64,000 nucleotides of DNA from Mytilus edulis (Eukaryota), in the NCBI RefSeq assembly GCF_963676685.1, contig NC_092349.1, positions 50,778,001 through 50,842,000 on the forward strand, read 5' to 3'. Each line of letters opens with the position of its first letter. Positions within the stretch are counted from its first letter, which is position 1. Shown here piece by piece: positions 1 to 13,502 of this stretch. The translations under genes were made by a program, and so were the position numbers. The notes beneath the pieces are model-generated. The model was given only the letters and a program-made list of their open reading frames with translations, was not told the DNA's origin and made no database searches.

Positions 1-44
1 ACAACACTAATACTATGTGTTTTCAAAAAAAAGTGTTAAATCAA

Positions 45-185
45 AGCACTTTAGCGTGTCATATATACCATCGCACTTATGAAATAAACAACCATCGTCT
101 TTAAGCGTATGACACCATCGCACTTTAGCGTAGACCATCGCACTTTCGCGTCACCATCGCACTGTAAAGCAACATTGCACTTAAG
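45..185. repeat. Cluster of short degenerate repeats (CCATCGCACTT), probably a transposon subterminal region
   Basis: About six copies of ccatcgcactt or variants within 140 bp. Confidence 0.5.
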
Positions 186-1827
186 AGTCCGACATATATG
201 TGGATCATTCAAATGAAAGAGAATATATGCTTCATAAAATTCCCTCGCCTTGAAAAAGGCGTTATTAAGTTCACCTCAATATTTGTTAAACTTTACCTGA
301 AATGTTTGCAAATAAGCGTTCTTTGTAGGGTCAAATTTCTGACGAGGCAAATCTATTTTAAAACCGGAATGTGTCCACAGTAAACGGATGGCCCACTTGC
401 ACTATCATTTTCTATGTTAAGTGGACCGTGCAATTGGGGTAAAAACTCTTATTTAACATCGTAGGTGGGGCATACAAATTGAAATATGCTGTGTTCACGA
501 ATTATTTCGTTTCTGTAACGCCGATGGTTCCATTTCAAGTCCTTTATTTTAGCATGGATATGTTACCAATGTTATTTCAACTGATCGGGCGGAATTTATG
601 TTTTAATTTGCATAAGGACAGTCTATTTGAAGATGTATGTGATAAGGATGATTAATATATTGCCGTTATAATTATTACTGATTTCTAATCACCTATCAGT
701 GTCATCAAAGGAATTTACAAAACAAAGAATGGACACTTCATTGATGAGTTTATCCTAAAACACCTATCTAAAGATGGACTGGTTTATTATGAGCGAACCG
801 GTTAGACTCCGCCCAGTAGAGTAAAATAAATTGAGTAATATAGTGTATTGCTACACTACCAACTATAGATTGAATAATATCATTTACAATACAGATTATA
901 CTGCATCAGATACGTATGTACGCATCTCAACAATCTGTGTATTTTCAGTGATAATGTAGTCAAAATAATGATATTTAAAAATAATAATTAAAATGCAAAT
1001 GTTCAAGAGCTGATAATACTAATAAAGAAACTTACATGTTTTAACTATATAATGAGATAGTCCTACTATTTTTTCGAATTCCGTGTCCAATATATATTTA
1101 AGTGTGAACATCTATCAATCAGAGTCTATGGTAGATTAAAAATGAACCGACTTTTAAATGATTTCGATAACTCTACTGTATGATAACAGTCAGCTGATCT
1201 AAACCAGATAAAATATAAAACCGAAAGTAAAAGTTACATAACAAATAGCCGACTGGACTAAACGATATCGCTAATGAGAACGTTTTGCAGTTACAACTTT
1301 AGATTGCTTTGGTAACTTCCGAGTAGCCTATTGCCAAAAAGATATTTCAAAACTGACAAAATGTAATTCATTCAGTAATCATGATGTAGTTACCTGCTAT
1401 TTCAAACTTTAATTTTGTGACTACAAAAAATTGTTTTTAAGTTCAATTCTGTAATTGATTGTTTTTTCTTTGCATAAAGCTGTAGTGTCGCATACTTCCA
1501 TTCCCGCTAAAATGAACCCTTTAATTGCTCTTTGTAACTTGTTAATGTTAGGAAATTGACGTTTGCTGACCTCTAAACTTTTTCAATTTTCTCTAGCTTT
1601 CTATAACTAATCGGTAGACTATCTAGAAAAACCTGTAAACTTGTGCCTCAAAACTATCAAAAAGATCAGAATATGTGTCCGATAGAAATTTGCGCGACAG
1701 GATATCAGTCACGGGGATATATTGTCCGGGCAAATGTACAACATTATGTCATTATAAAAAAACATGCATAAAAAGTAAAATCACAAAAATACTAAACTCA
1801 GAGTAGAATCCAATCGGAAAGTCCATA

Positions 1828-4800
1828 CACGGCTGGTAATCTACACACGCAGAAAATTAGATTCTGCAATGAAAACCGTGAGAGGATTTTATGGTTGTGC
1901 TTGAGTGGAGTAATTGTCACCGCTTCAAAAGGTATGTACATTTCTAAATCTCAATTTTCTTATTAAACTGATCAAAATATTGAAAATCAGAGAATGCTGT
2001 CCTGTGGTGAATACTTTAACGAAGAGATACATGTACATGTATCAGTTATTGTTGTACGTAGAAATGAACCCCTACAAAATCAGTTGCCCCACGAGAAATT
2101 GCTTAAAAAAGTGAAATTTCAATTTTGAAATTTTGTTAAAGCGGAAATAACGCGAAAGTAAACGCCCGTTTACTCTTTGAAAATTAGAAGACGCGCTGTT
2201 TTTGCGTTAACGCGGAGGTAAACGCGAAAGTAAACGCCCGTTTACTTTTTATGTCTACTGAAATATCGGAGTTAACGCACAGTTAACGCGGCGTTTACAT
2301 GAAGTGCACGCATGTAAACGCCGCGTTAACTTTATCGGCCAGTCTACATGTAATGCTTGGTCTGCACTCAAATGTACAAGTTCAATTTTTTTTTTAGGGC
2401 AATGAGTATGAATGTTTTTTTTTGGCGGCGTGTACGCTGTCCGGTGTTGATAGACGTCTTAATAATTCAAAAACTACATTTTTTCACTAAGTCATGCGTG
2501 AGGGGATCGGTTCTGATTGAGGACATCGTGAATGCGTGAGTGGAAGTACAAATGATATCTTTATATTCAAGCTATGAGTCGTTGAAACTTACCTACATTA
2601 GGCTACACTGTTCATGAAAAAATACATAATAAGTATTATGTGTGCTTAGAAAAATTTATGAGATTGAATTATGAAATAAATTGTGGGAACCTGGGTTTAA
2701 TAAGTTTCACGAAGAATAAAAACAAAAAATGTTATCAACGATAGAGATGTTGGGGAGTATCTTATTCGTCTTCATTCCTTCTTTTCAAACCACTCAACAA
2801 TGTCCAAAAACAGGTCGAATGCAATTTTGTTTAAAGTAAAACGTCCACTCTGTACTAATGAAAAAAAAATCAAAAATCTTTCCCTTTTCCCTACGTCTGA
2901 GAGTTTATCTAAAGCACTTTTAAAAACTTTATATTCTTCCATAAGGTCTTCCATGTGTCTTTCTCTTGGTCTACTACGTGGTCTTCTTCTATTTCTTCTT
3001 CGTTGTCTAATACATGCTCTTCCTTATGGTATTCCTCGAGATTATCTTGGCTTTCATCGATGTTCGTGAATAATAAATTCTGTATATCTACCTTTTTTGT
3101 TTCGAAAATTTCGTGAATTTGGACAACAGATTACGTCTAATATATACACATGGAAAAAAGTATTGCAACACCTCAAATTTTTAAAACTTGAAAAAAGGCC
3201 TCTTATTTTGGATGGAATGTGATAAAGTATTTGTAAAATAATATTTAAACGTAGTTAATGATAACATTGGCTTTAAAACGAATGAAAAATGAATGAAAAA
3301 AAGTGTTTTATCTTACCAAAATTTGTATAACAAAATGAAGTGTTTTTCGTACCAAAAATGCATTTTACAACTTTACTGTAGTCGAACTTTACAATGTCAG
3401 ACATTTTAAAATTAATCTTTAGATGATTGTTCACATCATGGTTAATCGTTATACGCCAAAGACTTATTACTTTTTGCGCAGCCTCCATTCAAACGGATAA
3501 CCGCATCTTAACGTCTTCTGATTCCTGCCATAAGTCGACTTATTTGTTGCTAAGGGAGAAGCAACCATTCCTGACGGAGAGTATTGTTTATTTCATGACG
3601 TGTTCTAACTGGGGTGTCCCTTCGAGCACTTTACGCCCAATAGTGTCCCATATATGTTCGATATGGTTCAAATTCGGGCTACAATCGGGCCAAGGAAGAT
3701 GAACCGAATTCCATTCGAACAATAGATCTTTCTCCACGATGCTAATATCCAACTTTGGCGAGCTCTACACTATATCGGATACGGGCAACTGTGTGTCTGC
3801 TCGATATGGTTCAAATTCGGGCTACGATCGGACCAAGGAAGATAAACCGAATTCCATTAGAACAATGGATCTTCCTTCACGATGCTAATTTCCAACTTTG
3901 GCGAGCTCTGCACTATATCGGATACGGGCAACTGTGTGTCTGTTTGTAGGCAAAGGTTCCCGAAATGGTCTTATCGCACGATAACCAGTAGCGGTGAGCC
4001 GATCTCGAACAGTTCTTGTTTAAAGGCTCCTGTATGGTCATCACTCTCTTTTTAGGATTGTATTGTTTGCAAAGGTTTTCCTTCTGACCAACCTTCATTA
4101 TGCTTGATTTCCCCAAGAAAATGTTATAGGGGGTCTTCTTGATCTCGAAAGGTCTTTAACATCGTTTTTTGCCTGATTTGTATTCTCAAAATGACTTATA
4201 GTGGAATGGTGAAGAACAACAATACGAACAATTATCACAGCGATATACCTGCTTCTCTCATGCCGATTATCTGCCATCTTGCTGCAGTTATGAGTTGTGG
4301 ATGACCAATTACAAAGTGTCAATAACATAACTTTATAAACTTGGTTCTTTAGTGTTGAAAACAATGAGGATAAACAACATCTTTTTTATTGTTTACAAGT
4401 ACAGTAGCTGCATGTGCAGATAAGAACTTATCGAGTCGATATTTATTGATTAAACTCAGGTGATATTTAAATAAGGTTTAACTAGTTCTATTTCAACAAA
4501 TTATATCACAAAAAATTAAAACAAAAGATTTCAATTTGAATTTCAATTTGGTGTTGCAATACTTTTTTCCTTGTGTATATATAGGTGTTGAAGTTTTGAT
4601 CGGCGATATACTTTTCTTAAATATATGTGGTAATCTCTATGACGTATAATTGACGACAGGACTACTCCCAGATGGTTTAGTTCGTTTCGAGGGCGGGGAT
4701 AACTTGTATCTTCATGGCTTATTGTAGAGAGTCAATGTCAGTCCTCTTTTCCATTTTCCTTTAAACAATGGCATTTTCTGAAATTAAACAAACAATTAAT

Positions 4801-5423
4801 AGTTTGATTTCATTGAATCATTGATCAGTTTACATCTATTAAAGTATTAGGATAAACCTGTGCTTTTAATCATCATTGATCACATTTATTGAGTCAACAA
4901 AAGTCACAAAGTCAAGGATTAAAAAAATGTTTGTACTTCCCCTCACGTATTCACGATGTCCTCAATCAGAACCGATCCTCTCACGCATAACTTAATGAAA
5001 AAATGTAGTTTTTGGAATTTTTAAAACGTTTATCAACACCGGACCGCGTATACGCCGCCAAAACAACATTCATACTCATTGCCCGAAAAAAACTAAATTT
5101 GAACTTGTAGGTCTGTAAATAAAACCATTTCAAAATTGAAATGTCACTTTTTTAGCCAATTTCTCGTGGGACAACTGAATTTTAGGAGTTCAACTCTACG
5201 TACAACAGTAAATGATACATGTATCTCTTCGTAAAAGTATTCACCACAGCATAGCATTCTCTGATTTTCAATATTTTGATCAGTTGAATAAGAAAATTGA
5301 GATTTAGAAATGTACATACCTTTTGAAGCGGTGACAATTACTCCTATCAAGCACAACCGGAAAATCCTCTCACGGTTTTCATTGCAGAACAAAATGTTCT
5401 GCGTGTGTAGATTACCAGCCGTG
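1828..5423. mobile_element. Chapaev-like (CMC superfamily) DNA transposon, internally deleted, 3596 bp
   Basis: Termini CACGGCTGGTAATCTACACACGCAGAA and its exact reverse complement. 4-bp TSD CATA (1824-1827, 5424-5427), supported by an uninterrupted copy of the target repeat at ~21194-21260. TIRs ~490 bp. Minus-strand relic FLDIVEWF..RRIRYS at ~2745-2954. CAC..GTG ends with a 4-bp TSD are the Chapaev hallmark. Confidence 0.8.
3147..4575 (-). mobile_element. Tc1/mariner element (deleted, decayed) nested in the Chapaev-like element
   Basis: 26-bp TIRs CACA(T/A)GGAAAAAAGTATTGCAACACC flanked by TA. Minus-strand relic LPWPDCSPNLNHIEHIWD matches the Tc1 WPxxSPDLNPIE motif; RARQSWKLASWRK lies upstream. 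Confidence 0.88.
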
Positions 5424-5994
5424 CATAATCACATGGCAAAATCAAATGACAAAACACATCAAAAGCGAATGGACAAGAACTGTCATATTCCTGACTTGGT
5501 ACAAGCATTTTCAAATGTAGAAAATTGTGGATTAAATCTGGTTTTAAAGCGCTAAAGCTCTCACTTTGATGACAGTCTCATCAAACTTCGTTATATTTAC
5601 AATGATGTGTGAACTAATTTCTCTTTGTAACTTTTTAATGTTAAGAAATTGACGTTTGCTAACCTTTTTCATATTTTGCATATTTCGATAAGGGAAAATT
5701 AAACCTTATTCATTTTTGCAATATTCGATAAGGAGAAATTCAGGAAAACGATGTCATTTTTTGAATTTTAAATATATCCTCCTATTCCATAATATGGTAA
5801 CAACTTTATACAAACATATGCAATTGGAAAAATGAAGAGTTCCTTTATGTCATCAATTTAAAGTCATCCTTTGATAGATTCATATCAATGGTGTTAGCAA
5901 TATTAAAAACATGCATCTAGTTATTAATAACCAAACGAATAATCTAATTTGTTGTGTAGGTTAAAATTACTACTTATTGACATTATTTTTAATA

Positions 5995-6332
5995 AGTATG
6001 CGTTTACTTTTCTATATTGGCTAGGAGGTATAGGGGGAGGGTTGAGATCTCATAAACATGTTTAACCCTGTCGCAATTTTGCGCCTGTCCCAAGTCAGGA
6101 GCCTTTGGCCTTTGTTAGTCTTGTATGATTTTTAATTTAAGTTTCTTGTGTATAATTCGGAGTTTAGTATGACGCCCATTATCACTGTACTAGTATACAT
6201 ATTTTCAGGGGCCAGTTGAAGGACACCTACTGGTGCGGGAATTCTTGCTACATTGAAGACCCATCGGTGGCCTTCGGCTGTTGTCTGCTCTATGGTCGGG
6301 TTGACACATTCCCCATTTCCTTTCTCAATTTT
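5995..6332 (-). repeat. Penelope-type interspersed repeat, family A
   Basis: Reverse complement matches 11480-11622 and 11945-12210 (ttgagaa..ggaaatggggaatgt...). Confidence 0.7.
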
Positions 6333-6485
6333 ATTGTATTTAAATAAAACATAAATTTCAGAATAAATTGTTGTAAAAAACTTGGCTGTCCTAATTATGG
6401 TCGTTGTTAATTTTAGAAAATACATTTAAACTGAATATATGTAAAATGTGTAAGACTGAACTATAGGATAACATTGTTAGGCTAA

Positions 6486-9400
6486 TAGTGGAAAATATAA
6501 GAAAGCAAAATCGAGGGAATTGTGCAAATGATGATACAAACATGAAGATTAGCACAAAGCATCATTATTATATACTTTTTAAGAAACAACTGCTGGCCAT
6601 TAAAACAAATATTTTTTGTTCAAGATGGCCACGGCCTTTTTCTAAAGTGGTGGCAGTTTTTTCAGTTTGAAAATACTGATTTTTCTGGAAAACTTTTCTT
6701 TGACCTTCTTTTAGTGAACAAATAATTATCAGGTTTGGTGGCTACCTTCCTGGCACGTGACGTATTTAATAGAAATGAATATTTGACGTATCCAGGGTTT
6801 GCGCATGCTCGAAAATGTAACACAATTCATTCAATAACATTTGAACTATTACTATATGTTTATAGTAGTTTTGGATTTATAATGATATGAATTAGTATGA
6901 TAACATTTTCAAGGTTATGCTATACATGCGTTTAACAAATTTGCACACGCGCAAACTATTTATAGACATAATGAGCGATTTGCATGCACTACCAGGGCAC
7001 AATGTTATATATCGTAGTTCATTTCATTACTCTAAAAATCGAGGTTCTTCTGAAGCTGTTCAAGTAAATGTAACTTCTATGATGCCGCTGTTTGAAAACA
7101 CGCAAATTCAGTTGCAATGTTCAGGTATTCGATGGATAAGGCGAAAAATGTGGTGAATACCGAAGATATCAATTGAAACTGCAGATCAGTCACTTTTTTG
7201 TAATGGCTTAGCAAACCTAATTTGAGAAGATAAGTTTATCGTCATGTTTGGTGGATTGCACATTGAAATGACTTGTTATAAAATTCTGGGTGATATATTT
7301 CGTAATAGTGGATGCACATGTGCCCTCACTGAAGCCGATAATGCAACACCTAGAACGGCAGATTCTTTTTATGTATGTTCAAATGTGCAACTAGACAGAT
7401 GCATAAGAAAACTGCATGTGTTATGCTTGGATTGTTAATGTCGACTTATGAAAGCTAAACGCAAAAAACATAAGTATGTCATGACTCTGTGACGTGCAAT
7501 GATTTGATAGACTGGTGTGAGGAAATAAAGTCATCTCGTTTACAGTTTAATTACTTAATTCCTGGAGTTCACTTATAAATTAAGAACTGCTTGTGCTTTT
7601 GGTAGTATGCTCATTTCATGAATCAGATTTTACTTTACAAACAGTCCATATAAAGCATGATACCGTATTATATATGGTCTTGGTCGTGTAAATTATGCTC
7701 AATTATTACCAATCCATCTTCGAGATATGGCTTCCCTTCCCGAAACATCACCCACAGGTGGCAATGGAATTTGAAAATGATAATATCACTGTACGTAAGA
7801 CCAGCAAATGTTTTTCTTATAGCACAATTTATCAGACACAAAAACAGAATAATGCAATTGTGAAGGGTGATGTTGGTGCCATATTTTTAACCGAAGATCC
7901 CTTTTAGACAAATGGATGGTAGCTGGACCAGAAGTCAGTAGACTAGAAGATGAATACGAAAGGTGGTTTAAAAAGCTTCAAAGGCTTTGTAAAGTGATGA
8001 ACGAGTTTAAAAATCCATTTCTAGAAGAGTCGTCTACTTTGGAAATTGTTGATTCGGAAGCAGGTTAGATATGTATATAAACTTCAAGATATATGTCCAA
8101 ACAATACGAAGATCTTTTCAAGCAAATGCAAAACGAAGAGAATCTGCTTTTTATAACAATATAAAAAATAACAACTTCCTATTATGGCCGTAAAATGAAA
8201 CTGGAAACGTCTTTGTCAAAAACAAAGTTAGAGAACCTTAAAAGTAATTACGATATCTTTTCTAGACTTCATTTCTTGTCACAGTAGAAAGTTTGACTTG
8301 GGGAATATTTCTTGATCCATAAAAACTAATCTGCCCCTCTGTCTTTGTCACAGGATGTCACTTTAAACAATGTTTTAAATCGATGCAAATAGGTAGACTT
8401 GAATCATTCTGCGACTTGCTGATCTGACTTCGGACGCATTTATCGTTGGTGGGGTAGCAACTGTTTATTCCAGGTCATCAAGTTGGGCAAAAATAATTGA
8501 TAATTATGTAAATGATGTCATACTGTCCTACATAAAATCTATAAGTATTCAAGAGTATACATTGTATTTGATGTTTGCTAAATCAATAAGTTAAAGACTG
8601 ACAAGAAAAATGTAATGTTCTTGTGCTAGATGGAAAGGTGTTAATTCTGGTAGAACACCGATGGTTTTGTGTAGTTTTCTCCGCGAAGATGACAACGAAA
8701 CGAAAATTTTCAAGTTTTTTGACGACAGAATTGCTTCTTTAGAGACTAATAAAAATCTGTATGTTTCTCAAGTGAAATTATTCTTTGTATTGTCAATGAG
8801 GATACTTCCCAGCTATGTCCTTGTAATCACGAGGAAGCAAATATACCAATGTTTGTCAATGTTCGGCATGATTCTGAAAATTGTTGTAAAAGTAATGTTA
8901 GGTAATTCTGAAACAGATGTATTAGTATTGAGATTTGCAGCATTTGCAAAATAAGGTGGAACAAATTGTAGATCGGTTTTGGAAGGAATAAAAACTGTTG
9001 ATGGCTTCCTGTACGTGATATATCAAATATATTTGGTCCTCGAATAGCTGCTCTTTCTTTCTTCCATGCATTCAGTGTATGTGACACTTTGTCGTATTTC
9101 GTGGTAAAATGAAGTGGTCAACTTGACTGACATAGGAAGTATTACCAGATGTAACGGACGTTTTTTTCCCGCTAAAGTATGAAGACACATGCATAGACAT
9201 CATAGAAGCATTTGTTTTCATCATGTTTGACAAAACAACATCAACAGTTGCTGTTAACGAGGCTGTTAAAGATGTGAATTATTGCCAGAAAGCAGCGGCA
9301 TTGTGATGCAATTCCGCCTAAAAGAGGTTCTTTTTCGGAGCACATCAAAAGAGAAGTATATCAAGAAGGACATGTTTGGGATGAGCCTGATTCATGTATT

Positions 9401-9970
9401 CGACTGGATCATGTACATTGTACCAAGTCATGAACACTGGGGTTGGATGAAAGAAAAAATCAATGGCAGTTGGAAACCGAAATAGGCTTCTTTAATTGCC
9501 GTGTCAGGAACTTGTAAATGATCCGTTCTGGCCTTCCTTGTACGGGTTTTTGTAATGGTAACTGTCAGGTGATTATAGGATAAGCAACCTGTCTTTCTAA
9601 CCAAGCTTGGCATAAAACATAGAAAGTGATATCTCTTGTGTAGTTGATGGAAATTATAAAAAAAAACTTTTTCAACGTTTTTGCAGCCGTTTTGGAACCG
9701 AAAGTCACTTGTTTTCCTCATTTATGTGTTGTGTTGTGGTACTTTAAGAACTGTTATTTACGTTTTATCAAAACTTACATTGGACTTGCGAAATGTAGAC
9801 AATTGGATATGACGCCATTTTCAAAATGAGCGGTGGTCATCTTGAAAAAATAGAAATTTTTAATGGCCAGCAGCTGATTTTTTTTTATTATCATTTAGTC
9901 ATTCCTAAGTATACCAAATTTCATGCTTGTATCACGATTTGAACAATTATTTCCATAATATCTCCCACTA
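6486..9970 (+). mobile_element. Academ DNA transposon with pseudogenised transposase
   Basis: TAGTGG...CCACTA termini, ~140-bp imperfect TIRs, 3-bp TSD TAA (6483-6485, 9971-9973). Frameshifted Academ-type motifs: MFGGLHIEM..LG..SG, QNNAIVKG, WMVAGPE, CPCNHEEA, ETDVLVL, FFHAFSVCDT, WGW..WKP and a Cys-rich C-terminus. Confidence 0.88.
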
Positions 9971-10911
9971 TAAGAAATCCAAAAATATATTACATATAAA
10001 CATCAATAACGGAAAATGTCAATAATGTTACTGAAAAGTGTCATGGTGTTAACAGCATACACCAGTTTGTAAAACGTTGTGTAGTTTAGTCATTATATTG
10101 TTTAAACATTGTTATTTAAGAATTATGTTTCATAACTAATGTGATGTGTCGCTTGTTAAACACGAAAGAAACACAACAAATGCTGAATGTCGTTATACAT
10201 TCAGTCTAAACTGGTCAATGATGTTACTTAAAAGTTTATTAAAGTGGTCGCACCATTGACAGTTACACCAATGATTTACAGGTATATTTTTTATGTAGGT
10301 GCGAAATAAGTGTTCTATTCCCCTATTTTAATCAATACCTTTTTTTCAATCAAAGTTTAGGAAGCTTTCGGAAAATGATTTTTATAAGGGTACACCATTG
10401 ACACTATTGTCATTTATGATATAGCTTTGACTTACTTTTAAGATTTTTTAACTAATTTTCAACACAGATTGTTGTTTTAGTTTGCTTATCACGCTTACAG
10501 GTAACATTGCTAGGTAGAAACTATAGTAAATGTTGAAATCTTGAGAACGATAATTCTTGCACAACGAATTGGTTACACAAGTGACTTAAAAAATGAGACT
10601 TCTTTTTTGTAGATTTTTTTTATTATCACTTTTATTATCAAAACCAACATACACCTTCCAAATCATATTTTAGGTCTGAAAGCCAAGGTACTATAGAAAA
10701 AAAAATACATTAATTCTTGCTATATCCCAGGGTTTCATATAAAACATTAACTGGATTTTTTTTTTATAACATTTCATACTATAAACTGCATATTGTGAAT
10801 CACGAAACATTCATACCTAACATATACAATTTTTTTTTATATATATTTTCGTGTCTGTGACTTAAAAATACCAAAATAACATATTTGCATGTTTTTTTTA
10901 TAATGACCCAA

Positions 10912-11825
10912 CATCGAGTTCATAACGCTGTAACCGTAAAATCACAAGTTGCCGTCTTGCAGGGGCATCTAACAATGATTTCAAAATCCAAAAATAATTG
11001 CATACATTTCTTTGTCTATCCATGCGTAATTTCAATTCTGATGTAGTCATGGATTTCGAAGTGTAAGCTACCAGTTTGACGTCTTGCAGTAAAACTGAGC
11101 CTAGACCGTATTTGGATGCATCAACTTGTGAAGTTAAGTCTTTGGGTTGGTCATTTTAAGAAAGGATTGGACCGGGTTACCTCGTCAAAACCTAATTGAC
11201 CTTTTTAAATGCTTTGATTGTCCCATGCAAATCTACCGTCTTTGTTTAATATTGCTCGCATCGGGCTATTAATTTCCGCTAAGTTGGACGCAAATTTTGA
11301 AAGATAATTGACCATAACCAATATAGTCTGCACTTAGTTTTGTTAGAAGGGGTTAGCATATCTGAGATAGCAAAGACCTTGTGAGGATCTACCCTTAGAC
11401 CAGTTGAGGTTATACCATGACTAAAAATGAGTAAACTCGGTGACCCAAACCTATAATTTATCATCGTTAAGTTTTATAAAAAAAATTGAGAATAGAAATG
11501 TGGAATGTACCAAAGAGAAAACAACCCGACCATAGGACAGACAGCAGCAGAAGGTCACCAACAGGTCTTCAATGCAACGAGAAACTCCCGCACCCGGAGT
11601 CGTCCTTCAGCTGGCCCCTAAACATGTCTTATTCGCGAGAGATATGTAATACTCACCACAGGTTTGAATCATGTTCTTCCCTTGTTAAACCGTAAATCAG
11701 TATGTCGTCAACAATTGCGACAACACTGTCAAGTTCTGTGTATCACTTTTCTGCGTATCACTCGTCAATCTACGCTTAAAAAAGGTCTTGTGAGCAATTG
11801 AGATAAATAACAAACGCTTGAACAT
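10912..11825 (-). mobile_element. Gypsy LTR retrotransposon pol relic: RT C-terminal half and RNase H
   Basis: Minus-strand motifs FKRL..LNCSQD, VAIVDDILIYG..EEHDSNL, DASKYGLG.VLLQD and LRLQRYELD, with stops and frameshifts. Family A repeat inserted at ~11480-11622. Confidence 0.85.
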
Positions 11826-12740
11826 GGTTGTTTAATTTGATATATGTTTTTTGTGCTTTGTTAACTATTTGTTTGTCATTGTTCTGATTGAGAGGTTGAC
11901 ACGGTGATAACTGCTTGCTATTTTGATAATGTTGCCTATCATGAAATAAAATTTGGAATGGAAATGGGGAATGTATCGAAGAGACAACAACTCTGCCAAA
12001 GAGAAGACAACATGCAGCCGTAGGCCACCGAAGGGTATTCAATGCAACGAGAAACTCCCACAACCGGAGGCGTGCTTCAGCTGGACGTTAAACTAAAATA
12101 TATACTAGTTCAGTGATAATGGGTGTCATACTAAACTAAGAAATATACACGAAACTAAAATTAATAATTATACAAGACTAACAAAATCCAGAGGCTCCTG
12201 ACTAGCCAATGTTGTAAAAAAAACCCACACAACATCACGCACAGTAAAATACAGTTAAAAAAAAGTCCGAGTCCGATGTAAGAATAGGTAACATAATAAA
12301 CTAAAGAAAATGACAATGAAACATTAATTAACAAAGGAAGACTAGCAGTTATACTGATATGTCATATCTTCCCAGCTGCAGACATCACTTAAACTGATTG
12401 AAATATTATGTCTTCTTCATATGAATATAAAGTAAAGTTATTCCCGTTAGAAGTTCAGTATTAAACCATCTGACCAAGACCTCATAATACCCAAATTGTT
12501 AAAAGAAGCAATCTACTGTTATTTATCGCTAAGTACGTCTACTTTTCCAAAGCAAATGTTAACCCAGTTTATAAAATTAGTAAACCAAATGACGTGAAAA
12601 TTTATACACCTATTTTCTTGTTGACTGTAATTTCAAAGTGTATGGAACGTTGTGTATATAAACATGTTTACAATCACTTTAGCGTAATAAATATATTATC
12701 GAAAAATCAGTCAGGCTTTACACGGGGGTATTCAGCGGTA

Positions 12741-13440
12741 GTAACTAACAGAAAACCCTTGCCGTTTTTGGCACAACCTTTTTGATCTTTTGGTCCTCGA
12801 TGCTGTTCAACTTTGTACTCGTTTCGGCTTTCAAACTTTTGTATCTGGGCGTCACACGTAGGTCTTGTGTGGACATAATACACTTCTGGCGAATTAAAAT
12901 TTTGAACTTGTTGCCTTTTGTTGGCTGTTGTTCGTGTGATTCTTTGTCAATTGTGTTCTCCAATTTATTTATATTGTAGTCCTGTGTTGTCATTTTGATG
13001 TTATATTTCACATGGCCATAAAAGTTCGAGGTTTTGCATGCCACAAAACCAGGTTCAACCCACCATTTTCCCCTTTAAAAATGCCCTGCACCAAGTCAAG
13101 AATATGGCCATTGTTATATTATAGTTCGTTTCTGTGTGTATAACATTATAAAGTTGTGTCGTTTGTTTTCTCTTATTTTTGAGTGTAAATTCACATTGCG
13201 ATAAGACGTGTCACGGTACTTGTCTATCCCAAATTCATGTATTTGGTTTTGATGTTATATATATATGTTATATTTTTTATTCTCGTGGGATTTTGTCTAT
13301 GTGTGTTATATTTTAGTGTTATGTCGTTGTTCTCCTCTTATATTTAATGCGTTTCCCTCGGTTTTAGTTTGTTACCCCGATTTTGTTTTTTGTCCATGGA
13401 TTTATGAGTTTTGAACAGCGGTATACTACTGTTGCCTTTA
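12741..13440 (+). mobile_element. Penelope-type 3' fragment inserted in the LINE RT
   Basis: Interrupts the LINE frame between GYSAV and NQLINI; carries a degenerate hammerhead-like motif at ~12845-12890. Confidence 0.65.
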
Positions 13441-13502
13441 TTAATCAATTAATTAACATTTCAAATGATTTTGAAAAGGCTTTAGATAGCGGTAAAGAAA
13501 TA

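Larger units (their letters stand above)
5746..10912 (+). repeat. Copy 1 of an unclassified ~1.6-kb AT-rich repeat, in three pieces (5746-5990, 6335-6485, 9971-10912)
   Basis: Colinear, diverged match to the reverse complement of 16210-17805; interrupted by a Penelope-type repeat and the Academ element. Confidence 0.75.
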
